Assembly (NCBI GenBank): GCA_963838115.1
Contig: CAWIPU010000006.1
Location: forward strand, 326,622 to 390,621
Length of the DNA: 64,000 bases
Direction of reading: 5' to 3'
Source: an uncultured Chloroflexia bacterium
GTDB taxonomy: Bacteria; Chloroflexota; Limnocylindria; Limnocylindrales; CSP1-4
A program made the translations under genes and the position numbers. Positions within the stretch are counted from its first letter, which is position 1; every line of letters starts with the position of its first letter. The notes under the pieces were generated by a model that was not told where the DNA came from, made no database searches, and saw nothing but the letters and a program-made list of their open reading frames with translations. Positions 1 through 7,710 of the stretch are shown here, piece after piece.

Positions 1-321
1 AGCATCACCGAAGCGCTCCACCATGGAGTGCCCATGGTGGTCCTGCCCTTCTCGACCGACCAGTTCGACGGCGCTGCGGCGATCGAGCGCGGTCTGGCTG
101 GTGTGGCCCTGGATCCCAACCGCTCCTCACGCCACCTCATCGCCGGAGCCGCCCGCGGTCTGCTGCGGCGGCCACCGCCCGCGCCCGCGCGGATCGGCGA
201 ACTCCTACGGACACGGCCCGGGCCGGAACTCGCGTACGACGCCATGACTTTACTCACACCTGTCGCATCATCGCAGACCCCACGGGCCCTGCCGAACGCA
301 GTCGTTTCCCCTTCAGCTTAG
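1..321 (+). CDS. C-terminal fragment of a GT1/GT-B (MGT/UGT-like) glycosyltransferase; the 5' end lies outside the window
   Basis: The frame is open from base 1. ...SITEALHHGVPMVVLPFSTDQFDGAAAIE... resembles the C-terminal nucleotide-sugar-binding half of GT-B glycosyltransferases. Confidence 0.55.
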   Translation, partial: SITEALHHGVPMVVLPFSTDQFDGAAAIERGLAGVALDPNRSSRHLIAGAARGLLRRPPPAPARIGELLRTRPGPELAYDAMTLLTPVASSQTPRALPNAVVSPSA

Positions 322-373
322 TCTGACCGCTTCACCACCCCGGCGCTGCCCCTGCGCGACGGACAACCAATCA

Positions 374-403
374 ATCGAGCCGGCCCCGAAGGACCGGCTC
401 GAT
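374..403. terminator. Hairpin between convergent genes (putative bidirectional intrinsic terminator)
   Basis: Perfect 10-bp inverted repeat ATCGAGCCGG / CCGGCTCGAT with a 10-nt loop. It lies between the stop at 321 (+) and the stop at 426 (-). Confidence 0.5.
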
Positions 404-425
404 GTGCCAGAAGGGTGGTGGCGGA

Positions 426-944
426 CTATGGCAGCAGGACGTCGTTCACCACGTGGATGTAGCCATTGCTGGCGCGGACGTTCGGCAGGATGATGCGAGC
501 ACCATCGATCTTGATGCGCCACCACTTGCCGGTGATGGCAGCCGTCTCGCCGTTCAACATCGTTACGGAGCTGCCGATGGCCTTGCGAGCGTCACGGTAG
601 GAGACCACCCCGTCGATGACGTGGTAGGTCAGGATGTTCAGCAGCGCGGCAGAGTCCTTTGCGAAGGAGGAGCACACGTTGTGGGCGTTGAGACCGAGTT
701 CGCGGAAGGCGCGGTCAGTGGGGGCAAACAGCGTGGTGCTGGGCTGCGACAAAACGTCCACGACGGCGGAGCCGAAGTAGTCGCAGGTCGCTGCGGCCAG
801 GAGTGTGTCGAAGGCGCCGGTGTACTCGTTGACCTGTGCGGCCCGCTCGACGATGTTCTTGCCTGAGTTTGCGCTGGCGACCGGCGCGATAGCCGTGAGC
901 GCCAGCGAAGCCAGCAACACGCCGGCGATGAGCTTCTTGATCAT
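426..944 (-). CDS. Secreted fasciclin (FAS1) domain protein
   Basis: Signal peptide MIKKLIAGVLLASLALTAIAPVASA. FAS1-type motifs TLFAPTDRAF, YHVIDG and NGYIHVVNDVLLP. GGGAGA lies 7 nt upstream of the second ATG (944); the ORF maximum is 959. Confidence 0.8.
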   Translation of the reverse strand: MIKKLIAGVLLASLALTAIAPVASANSGKNIVERAAQVNEYTGAFDTLLAAATCDYFGSAVVDVLSQPSTTLFAPTDRAFRELGLNAHNVCSSFAKDSAALLNILTYHVIDGVVSYRDARKAIGSSVTMLNGETAAITGKWWRIKIDGARIILPNVRASNGYIHVVNDVLLP

Positions 945-1079
945 GCTTGAGTCTCCCATTTGGTAGGCGGCTATCCGGTTCGGTGGCTGGCTGCGGATGA
1001 AGAAGTGCGATCAGAGGTCGGGTTCCAGAGAAGACCCATTCCTCGGATCGCACCAGCATCTATCTAGCCGGCAAGCGCC

Positions 1080-1655
1080 TTATGCGGCTGGCGGAAGGCC
1101 CACCTCGTCAACGACGTGGATGATGGCGTTCTTGGAGCGGATGTTCTTGACCTTCACCTCGCCGCCGTCCCAGGTCACGACCTCGCCGGAGCCACCGATG
1201 GCAGCCGGGGCGCCATTGAACATGGTGATCTCGCCACCACGGGCGGCCTTGGCCTGCTTGTACCAGATCTTGGCATCGCCGAAGACGTGGTAGGCCAGGA
1301 TGTCGAATAGCGTGTCTTTGTCGACTGTGCAGACGTTGCTCGGGGTGAGGCCGCCCGGGATACCAAGCGCGCTACCGAGCTTGCGGAAGGCGTAGTTAGT
1401 GGGCGCGAAGATAGTGATGGGGTCGGCGGTCGCAAGCAGGTTCACGACCGCACCATCGAAGTACTCACAGGTGACTGCGGTGATGAGGGTCGCCAACCGG
1501 TCGTTGTTGTTGGCACTGAAGCCGACGACACGCTCGACGGCATTCTTGCCCGACTTGACTTGGCCCTTGGATTCGGGCGCCGCACTGACGGTCGGGACGA
1601 TCGCCGTGGCGGCGATGCTGGCCAGCAACACGCCGGCGATAAGCTTCTTGATCAC
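1080..1655 (-). CDS. Secreted fasciclin (FAS1) domain protein, paralogue of 426-944
   Basis: Same MIKKLIAGVLLAS signal peptide. Motifs TIFAPTNYAF, YHVFG and AIIHVVDEV. GAGGAGG SD lies 9 nt upstream of the GTG start. Confidence 0.8.
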   Translation of the reverse strand: MIKKLIAGVLLASIAATAIVPTVSAAPESKGQVKSGKNAVERVVGFSANNNDRLATLITAVTCEYFDGAVVNLLATADPITIFAPTNYAFRKLGSALGIPGGLTPSNVCTVDKDTLFDILAYHVFGDAKIWYKQAKAARGGEITMFNGAPAAIGGSGEVVTWDGGEVKVKNIRSKNAIIHVVDEVGLPPAA

Positions 1656-1694
1656 TGCTTGGTTCCTCCTCAGGGTTGTGCGGGATGGAGACCC

Positions 1695-1731
1695 GTGTGG
1701 GGCTGGCCCGGGGGAAGGCCAGACCCCACAC
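1695..1731 (-). terminator. Hairpin downstream of the 1749-3044 gene
   Basis: GTGTGGGGCTGGCC ... GGCCAGACCCCACAC imperfect inverted repeat, 18 nt past the stop codon. There is no clear U-tail. Confidence 0.4.
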
Positions 1732-1748
1732 GAGTGTCCGGGGGAGTG

Positions 1749-3044
1749 CTAGTTGGCGGATGCCTCTTCGACGAGGATCACGTTGAAGGAGTCGGGGAAC
1801 TGGCCGATGGCGATGGCGCTATAGGCCTTGCCGTCCTCGAGCATGAGCGGCGGGATATCGAAGGCGGTGTCCTTCTTGCCAGCGGGACGAACCTCTAGGT
1901 CGATCTCACCGGCCGGCACGTCCAGGTAGCCCTTGGCCTTGCCGAACTTCAGGTTCTTGACGACGGCACCCTTCTTGCCGGAGCCATCGGGCGCGATGTC
2001 GACCTTGGGCGCGTTGGCACTCAGGTGGACGACGCGGATCTTGGCACCCTCAGCCGAAGGCTGGACGGCCTTGTCCTTGAGGACGACGGCAGTGATGTCA
2101 GCGAGATCGTTGGTAGCCGCGACCGTGGTCAGCGTGCCGCCATCGAAGGTGAGTTCAGCATCGATGACCACTGGCCCTTCATCGAGGGAAGCGCCGGTCG
2201 GCACGACCTGGACCTGGTAGGTGCCGGCGGGCACGTACAGGTAGTCAGAGAGCGTGCCGAAGGGCACGTCGGTCAGGATGGCGCCACCATTGGCATACAC
2301 ATCCACGTTGGGCGCGTCGGCGCTGAAGTGACCGACACGCACGCCGGCGAGCGCAGCGTCGACGGCGGGGACGACAGTGAACGTGCCGTCGCCCAGGCTA
2401 CCGACCGCGTAGACCGTGTAGCTGACGCCGTCGGTGATGGTGATCTCAGGGATGTCGAAGGCGACATCGGTCGAACCGGCGGGCCGGATCTCGAGGTCGT
2501 AGGCGCCACCCGGGAGGGCGAGGTAGCCCGTATCGTTGGGATACTCGAGGCCCTCGATGAGGGCGTCACCGCCGTCAGGGGCGATGTCGACCGCGGGCGC
2601 GTCGGCGCTGAGGTGCGCGACTCGGAGCTGCGCGGTATCAGAGCTGGGAGCCGGGTCGTCCAGGATGACCTGCGGGACGATGCCCGAGGCGAGACTGCCG
2701 GTGGCGGCCACGGTGGTCATGGTGCCCGCATCGAAGGTCAGCGCGGCGTCGATGACGATGGGGCCTTCCTCGAGGGTGGCGCCATTGGGGACGACCTGGA
2801 TCTGGTACTCACCGCCTGGGACTTGTAGATAGTCGGTGATCTGGCTGAAGGCCAGACCCTCGCCGATGAGCCCACCGTCGGCGTAGATGTCGACAGCGGG
2901 GGCGTCACCAGCTCCGTGCAGCACACGGACCATCGCGTTCTCGTCCTGGGCGGCCGTGGCAAACGGGATGGCGGTGACGGCGGCCAAAGCGGCGACGGTA
3001 CCGAGCATCCCGGCCTTGCGGCGAAGGGATAGCTGCTTGCGCAT
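1749..3044 (-). CDS. Secreted protein with three DUF4397-like repeats
   Basis: Signal peptide (MRKQLSLRRKAGMLGTVAALAAVTAIPFATAAQ). Three internal repeats follow the pattern VRVxHxSADAPxVDIxxDG...YxxxPAGxYxxxV. AGGAAC SD. Confidence 0.75.
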   Translation of the reverse strand: MRKQLSLRRKAGMLGTVAALAAVTAIPFATAAQDENAMVRVLHGAGDAPAVDIYADGGLIGEGLAFSQITDYLQVPGGEYQIQVVPNGATLEEGPIVIDAALTFDAGTMTTVAATGSLASGIVPQVILDDPAPSSDTAQLRVAHLSADAPAVDIAPDGGDALIEGLEYPNDTGYLALPGGAYDLEIRPAGSTDVAFDIPEITITDGVSYTVYAVGSLGDGTFTVVPAVDAALAGVRVGHFSADAPNVDVYANGGAILTDVPFGTLSDYLYVPAGTYQVQVVPTGASLDEGPVVIDAELTFDGGTLTTVAATNDLADITAVVLKDKAVQPSAEGAKIRVVHLSANAPKVDIAPDGSGKKGAVVKNLKFGKAKGYLDVPAGEIDLEVRPAGKKDTAFDIPPLMLEDGKAYSAIAIGQFPDSFNVILVEEASAN

Positions 3045-3091
3045 GGGGGTTTGTTCCTTTCGAACGGGTCGCTTCTCAGCGAATTCGGAGA

Positions 3092-3131
3092 CCGGGCTGG
3101 TGATGTGGATGGAACCGCATCACCAGCCCGG
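3092..3131 (-). terminator. Hairpin downstream of the 3151-3897 gene
   Basis: Perfect 14-bp inverted repeat CCGGGCTGGTGATG / CATCACCAGCCCGG with a 12-nt loop, 20 nt past the stop codon. Confidence 0.5.
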
Positions 3132-3150
3132 TGGTGTCGTGGAGCCGCGG

Positions 3151-3897
3151 CTACGCGGCGGGGGACTCAGCGGCCATGTCGTCAGCCGCGGGGGACTCAG
3201 CGGCCATGTCGTCAGCCATCAGGCTGGCGTCGACGGCCGGAAGGACCGTGAAGCTACCGTCGGCCAGGGAGCCGATCGCGAAGACGGTGAAGCTGTTGCC
3301 GCCGTCAAGCATCAGGGGGTCGATATCGAAAGCCACATCGGTCGTGCCGGTGGGGCGGATCTCGAGGTCGTACTCACCTGCGGGGAGGTCAAGGTAGCCA
3401 GCTGCATCGGGGTAGGCGAGGTTCTCGACCACCACGTCACCACCGTCCAGGGCGACGTCGACGGCCGGGGCGTCGGCGCTGAAGTGGACCACGCGAACCT
3501 GTGCGATGCCGTCCTGCGGCATGGGATCGTCAGTCAGGACCTGGGCCTCGATGTTCTCAAGGCTGTTCGTCGCGGCGACGGTCGTCATGGTGCCCGCAGC
3601 GAATTCGAGGTCGACGGGACCGATGACAGCACCATCGGCCGGATCGGCACCAGCTGCCACCACTTCGATGGTGTAGGTGCCACCGGGAACCTCAAGGTAG
3701 TCGGAGAGCACGCCGAAGGGCACATCGTTGAGGATGGCACCACCGTTGGCGTAGACATCGACCGCGGGAGCGTCAGGGCTGAAGTGCCCGACGCGGACCT
3801 TGGCCGTCTCGTCTTGCGCGAATGCGCCGAGGGGGAGCGCCATGACCGCGGCGAGGGCGGCAGTGGCGGCGATGACTTGGATCTGGTTCTTTCGCAT
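3151..3897 (-). CDS. Secreted protein with two DUF4397-like repeats
   Basis: Signal peptide MRKNQIQVIAATAALAAVMALPLGAFAQ. The VRVGHFSPDAPAVDVYANG repeat pattern matches the neighbouring gene. The C-terminus carries a 2x30-bp tandem duplication (AAESPAADDM). Confidence 0.75.
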   Translation of the reverse strand: MRKNQIQVIAATAALAAVMALPLGAFAQDETAKVRVGHFSPDAPAVDVYANGGAILNDVPFGVLSDYLEVPGGTYTIEVVAAGADPADGAVIGPVDLEFAAGTMTTVAATNSLENIEAQVLTDDPMPQDGIAQVRVVHFSADAPAVDVALDGGDVVVENLAYPDAAGYLDLPAGEYDLEIRPTGTTDVAFDIDPLMLDGGNSFTVFAIGSLADGSFTVLPAVDASLMADDMAAESPAADDMAAESPAA

Positions 3898-4100
3898 CTC
3901 TGTGTTCGTCCTTTCGAGTGGGTGTTCAGTAGAGGAAGGCGAGAGTCCTTCTCGTGATCTTCACTGGGATGGAGCGGTCTACGCCCCGGTCCGTGGGCCC
4001 CTCAGGGGCACCACCGTTGAGTCATCTCCTGTGTCCTCCTTGCTTCTCTCCTCTGCTGTGTTAAGAGTTTGTCTACCTGATGTCCTTGACGATAGCCGAA

Positions 4101-4150
4101 CTGTCTAATGCTTGTCAAGGGTTTGTGTCACGAAAGCGACATGCTATAGT
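4101..4150 (+). promoter_or_regulatory. Putative promoter of the carH-like gene, with three tandem 11-bp operator-like repeats
   Basis: cTGTCTAATGC / tTGTCAAGGGT / tTGTGTCACGA at 4101-4133, with TGT recurring every 11 bp (ACA on the opposite strand). They overlap a -35-like TTGTGT. An extended -10 TGCTATAGT lies at 4142-4150. The ATG at 4160 implies a nearly leaderless mRNA. Confidence 0.4.
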
Positions 4151-4159
4151 CGACAAAGC

Positions 4160-5077
4160 ATGTACAGCATCAAACAAGCATCGATCCGCTCCGGGGTAAG
4201 CATTCCCCTCATCCGTGCCTGGGAGCGCCGCTACGGCGTCGTCAGCCCCCAGCGCACCGCATCGGGCTATCGTCTGTACGACGACGACGCCATCTCAACG
4301 CTCGTGCGCGTGCGCGAGCTGACGGAGAGTGGCTGGACGGCGAGTGAGGCGAGTCGGGCTGTCCTGGCGGGGGAAGTCGCCATCGATCCGATGCCACCCC
4401 AGCTCCTGGTGACGTCTGGCGACGATGCCACCCGCCCTCACCAGATGGTGCTGATCGATCGGTTCAACGAAGCTGCCGTCGCCATGGATATCGCCGCCAT
4501 CGGCGCTGCCTTGGATGAGATGTTCGCGCAGGGCTCGTTCGAGTCCATCGTGGACGATCTGCTCATGCCCGCCTTGGTCGAGATCGGTCGTGCCTGGCAA
4601 GAAGGAAGGCTTGACGTCGCCGCCGAGCACACCGCGAGCGCAGCCGTCCATCGGCGTCTATCGGCACTGTATGAGGCGGCAGCCACCGTGGCAGACCCAC
4701 TCCTCGTCGTCGGACTCCCACCGGGGGCGCGGCATGAGTTGGGCTCACTGGCGTTCGCCGTGGCGGTACGTCGACTGGGCGTCGGGGTGCTGTACCTGGG
4801 AGCGGACGTCCCCGTCACGAGCTGGGTCCACGTCATCATGCAAAACCGTGCAAGGATGGCCGTCGTGGCCGTGGTACAGGAGGCCGACCGCATCGCTGCC
4901 CTCGAGGTGGCGAGGGCGCTGCGGGACGCTGGCCTGCGCCCCACTCTTGCCGTCGGCGGTGGAGGTGCGCGTTGGGAGGGAGCAGAGGAAGCCGGTATGG
5001 TGGTGCTTCCCGATCGCATCAACGAGGCTGCGGCGGTGGCCGCGCGATTGGCGCGGGAGGCCACGCCAGCCAGCTAG
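4160..5077 (+). CDS. MerR-family regulator with a C-terminal cobalamin-binding domain (CarH/LitR-type putative light sensor)
   Basis: N-terminal MerR HTH (MYSIKQASIRSGVSIPLIRAWERRYG). W-x9-EH motif (WQEGRLDVAAEH). B12-binding xHxxG motif (ARHELGSL), followed by YLGADVP and GGGG. Confidence 0.75.
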   Translation: MYSIKQASIRSGVSIPLIRAWERRYGVVSPQRTASGYRLYDDDAISTLVRVRELTESGWTASEASRAVLAGEVAIDPMPPQLLVTSGDDATRPHQMVLIDRFNEAAVAMDIAAIGAALDEMFAQGSFESIVDDLLMPALVEIGRAWQEGRLDVAAEHTASAAVHRRLSALYEAAATVADPLLVVGLPPGARHELGSLAFAVAVRRLGVGVLYLGADVPVTSWVHVIMQNRARMAVVAVVQEADRIAALEVARALRDAGLRPTLAVGGGGARWEGAEEAGMVVLPDRINEAAAVAARLAREATPAS

Positions 5078-5138
5078 ACGAGACCGGCCAGCTAGACGAG
5101 GGGGGACCCATGGGCTCGGCTTCACGGCGCGTCGATCG

Positions 5139-5906
5139 ATGAGCCTGCGGCTCACGATCCTCGGCGCATCGGCAGCTTGGACCGATCGTCCCTGCCGCCC
5201 ATCGTCGTGCTACCTCGTGGAGATCGGCAGCGAAGGCATCCTGCTTGACTTGGGCCAAGGTGCCTTGGGGTCGCTGTTCCCGCATCGTGACCCCTCCAGT
5301 CTGAACGCGGTCGTGATCAGCCACATGCACGGCGATCACCACGTGGATCTCATCCCGCTGCGCAATCTGCTCCGCTACGGCTATGACGAGCCGCGCCGCG
5401 TCGGCTTGCATGCCCCGGCGGGCCTACGTCATCGCTACGACGTCTTCAGCGGTGAAGACGGCTTCCTGGACATCCTCTTCGGTCCGGACCTGGTCGAAGG
5501 CACTCGCCGGACGGGGCGTTTCGACTTGCGAGCGCAACGCGTGACCCACTCGGGCCAGAGCTACGCCTTCCGGGTCAGCGACACGAACGATCCCGATGCT
5601 CCCGGCCTCGTCTACAGTGGCGACTGCGGCCGCGCGGATGAGCTGCTGCCGTTGATCCAAGAGGGTGACACCGTGCTTTGCGAAGCATTCTGGTCGACCC
5701 TCGAACCGATAGCTGGCGCCAACCACCTTGCCGCCGCGGATGCGGCTGATGTCGCCCGACGCGGAGGAGCTGCACACTTGATCCTGACCCACATCCTTGA
5801 GGCTCACGGTCCTCAAGCTGCGCTGCACGCGGCCGAGGGCATCTTCCCGGGCTCGGTCCAGCTGGCCGAGCCGGAGCTGGTCATTGAGATCGGACCTGGC
5901 CGATGA
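5139..5906 (+). CDS. MBL-fold metallo-hydrolase
   Basis: MSLRLTILGASAAW... with the HxHxDH motif (ISHMHGDHHVD). The long N-terminal extension of the ORF (from 4515) overlaps the carH-like gene in another frame and was discarded. Confidence 0.75.
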   Translation: MSLRLTILGASAAWTDRPCRPSSCYLVEIGSEGILLDLGQGALGSLFPHRDPSSLNAVVISHMHGDHHVDLIPLRNLLRYGYDEPRRVGLHAPAGLRHRYDVFSGEDGFLDILFGPDLVEGTRRTGRFDLRAQRVTHSGQSYAFRVSDTNDPDAPGLVYSGDCGRADELLPLIQEGDTVLCEAFWSTLEPIAGANHLAAADAADVARRGGAAHLILTHILEAHGPQAALHAAEGIFPGSVQLAEPELVIEIGPGR

Positions 5907-7592
5907 GTGCGCCCGGAACGACCGTGCTCTCGGTGCGGACGCGGATCCGTAGCCTGGTGGCTGAGGCATGGGCGCAGGCGACCGAATCGGGAGCGCTGCC
6001 AGCCATCGATGCAAAGCTCCGACCAGAGATCGAGATCGAACGACCATCCGATGCGGAGCATGGCGACCTGGCCGCGAACCTGGCCATGCGACTGGCGCGG
6101 CCGCTGCGACGCTCACCACTGCAGATCGCCGAGGTGCTGGCCGAGAGTCTGCGCTCCGTTGCCGCCGGTTCGGTCTTGACCGAAGTCCAGGTGGCACCGC
6201 CCGGCTTCATCAACATGCGCCTCTCCGCCGCGTGGCTGGAGAGCGTGCTCGATGAGGCTCGTGAGGCGGGAGATGCCTTCGGCCGAGTGACCCAGGAGCA
6301 GCCGCTCCATCTCAACATCGAGTTCGTCTCGGCCAACCCGACCGGCCCACTCCACGTCGGCAATGCTCGCGGTGCCTTTGTGGGGGACCTGTTGACGCGC
6401 GTGCTAGAGGGCGGCGGCCACACCGTTACGCGAGAGTACTACTTCAACGATTCAGGTACCCAGATCCGTCAACCTCGGTGCCTCGGTGGTCGCTCGACGG
6501 CTGGGCGAGGAGGTGCCCGAGGACGGATACCGCGGCGACTACGTCGAGGACCTCGCCGCCGAGCTGCCCCAAGACGTTTGGACCGCGGCCACCGCAGACG
6601 GCGCGGACCGCGACGGTATCGTCGCCGCGTGGGCCCAAGAGCGCGTCCGTGCCGGGATCGAGGAGAGCCTGGCTCGACTGGCTGTCCACTTCGACGTCTG
6701 GAAGAGCGAAGCCAGCCTGCACCGCGATGGCTGGGTCATGCGTGCCGTGGAACGACTGCAGGCTGGCGGCCACATCTTCGAGCAGGATGGCGCCACCTGG
6801 TTCCGCTCCACCACCTTCGGGGACGACAAGGACCGCGTGGTGTTCCGCTCGAATGGCGAACCCACGTACTTCGCGTCCGATATCGGCTACGTCAGCGAGA
6901 AGTTCAGTCGCGGCTTCGACCGGCTCATCTACATCTGGGGAGCCGATCATCACGGTACCGTCGCGCGCGTCCGTAACGCGGCTGAGGCGATGGGTTTCGA
7001 CAAGGACGCAGTGGAGATGCTGCTCGTAGCCTGGGTCCGGTTCGTGCGCGACGGCGTCGACGTCCCTATGAGCAAGCGCTCGGGCGAGTTCCTGGCGCTC
7101 GACGAGTTGCTCGAGGAGATCGGTGTGGATGCAGCGCGCTGGTCGTTCGCCTCGCGCGCGGCGAGTTCGCCCATCGATGTCGATATCGAGCTGGTCCGCA
7201 GGCAGTCCTCGGAGAACCCCGTTTACTACGTGCAGTACGCTCATGCCCGCATCAGCTCGATCCTGGCCAGGGCAGCCGCCGCCGGCCTGTCACCTGCGCC
7301 AAGCTTCAGCGGTGTGCTCCAGGGTGATGAGGTGGCCAGCGGCTTGGCACGCGAGGTGCTGCGCCTTCCGGAGGTCGTTGAGGACGGAGCCCGGGCCGAG
7401 GAGACACACGGCATCACCGCTTATGCCATGGAGTTGGCGACGACGTTCCACGCCTTTTATCGTGATCGCCGTGTCGTCGATCCTGACGACCCCGTGACCT
7501 CGGCCGGCCGACTGGCCCTCATGGGCGTGACGCGCAGTGCTATCCGCAACGCTCTGGCCTTGCTGGGCATCTCAGCTCCCGAATCGATGTAG
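5903..7592 (+). CDS. argS: Arginine--tRNA ligase, reading frame broken by a 1-nt frameshift near 6468-6472
   Basis: The N-terminal part (frame of 5903) carries the class I HIGH-type motif ANPTGPLHVGNARG and ends at ...YYFNDSGTQIR. The continuation NLGASVVARRLGEEV... through to YVQYAHARISSIL is in the frame of 6486. The start overlaps the upstream stop (ATGA). Confidence 0.85.
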
Positions 7593-7633
7593 GCGATACG
7601 ACTGCTGGAATCGAGCGACCGAATGCGGCTATG

Positions 7634-7664
7634 ACGAAGGCCGGGCTCGAGGCCCGGCCTTCGT
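7634..7664. terminator. Bidirectional hairpin between convergent argS and the giant gene
   Basis: 13-bp perfect stem ACGAAGGCCGGGC / GCCCGGCCTTCGT with a 5-nt loop. Confidence 0.55.
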
Positions 7665-7710
7665 ATGCTTATCTCGCTGCAGGCCAGTAGGCGACGCCAC
7701 GCACCTACGG

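Noticed and set aside
4515-5138. N-terminal 208-aa extension of the MBL-hydrolase ORF. The same applies to the extensions 41873-42199 (PIG-L), 24275-24514 (ABC ATPase), 32872-33177 (dodecin) and 35394-35790 (regulator fragment).
   Set aside because: These extensions overlap better-supported genes or the riboswitch in other frames, and they have Arg/Trp/Cys-rich non-protein-like composition. Internal starts with family-typical N-termini exist.
6461-6490. Programmed ribosomal frameshift in argS.
   Set aside because: There is no slippery heptamer and no stimulatory structure. Several other unrelated genes in the window also carry frameshifts, so sequence error is the simpler explanation.
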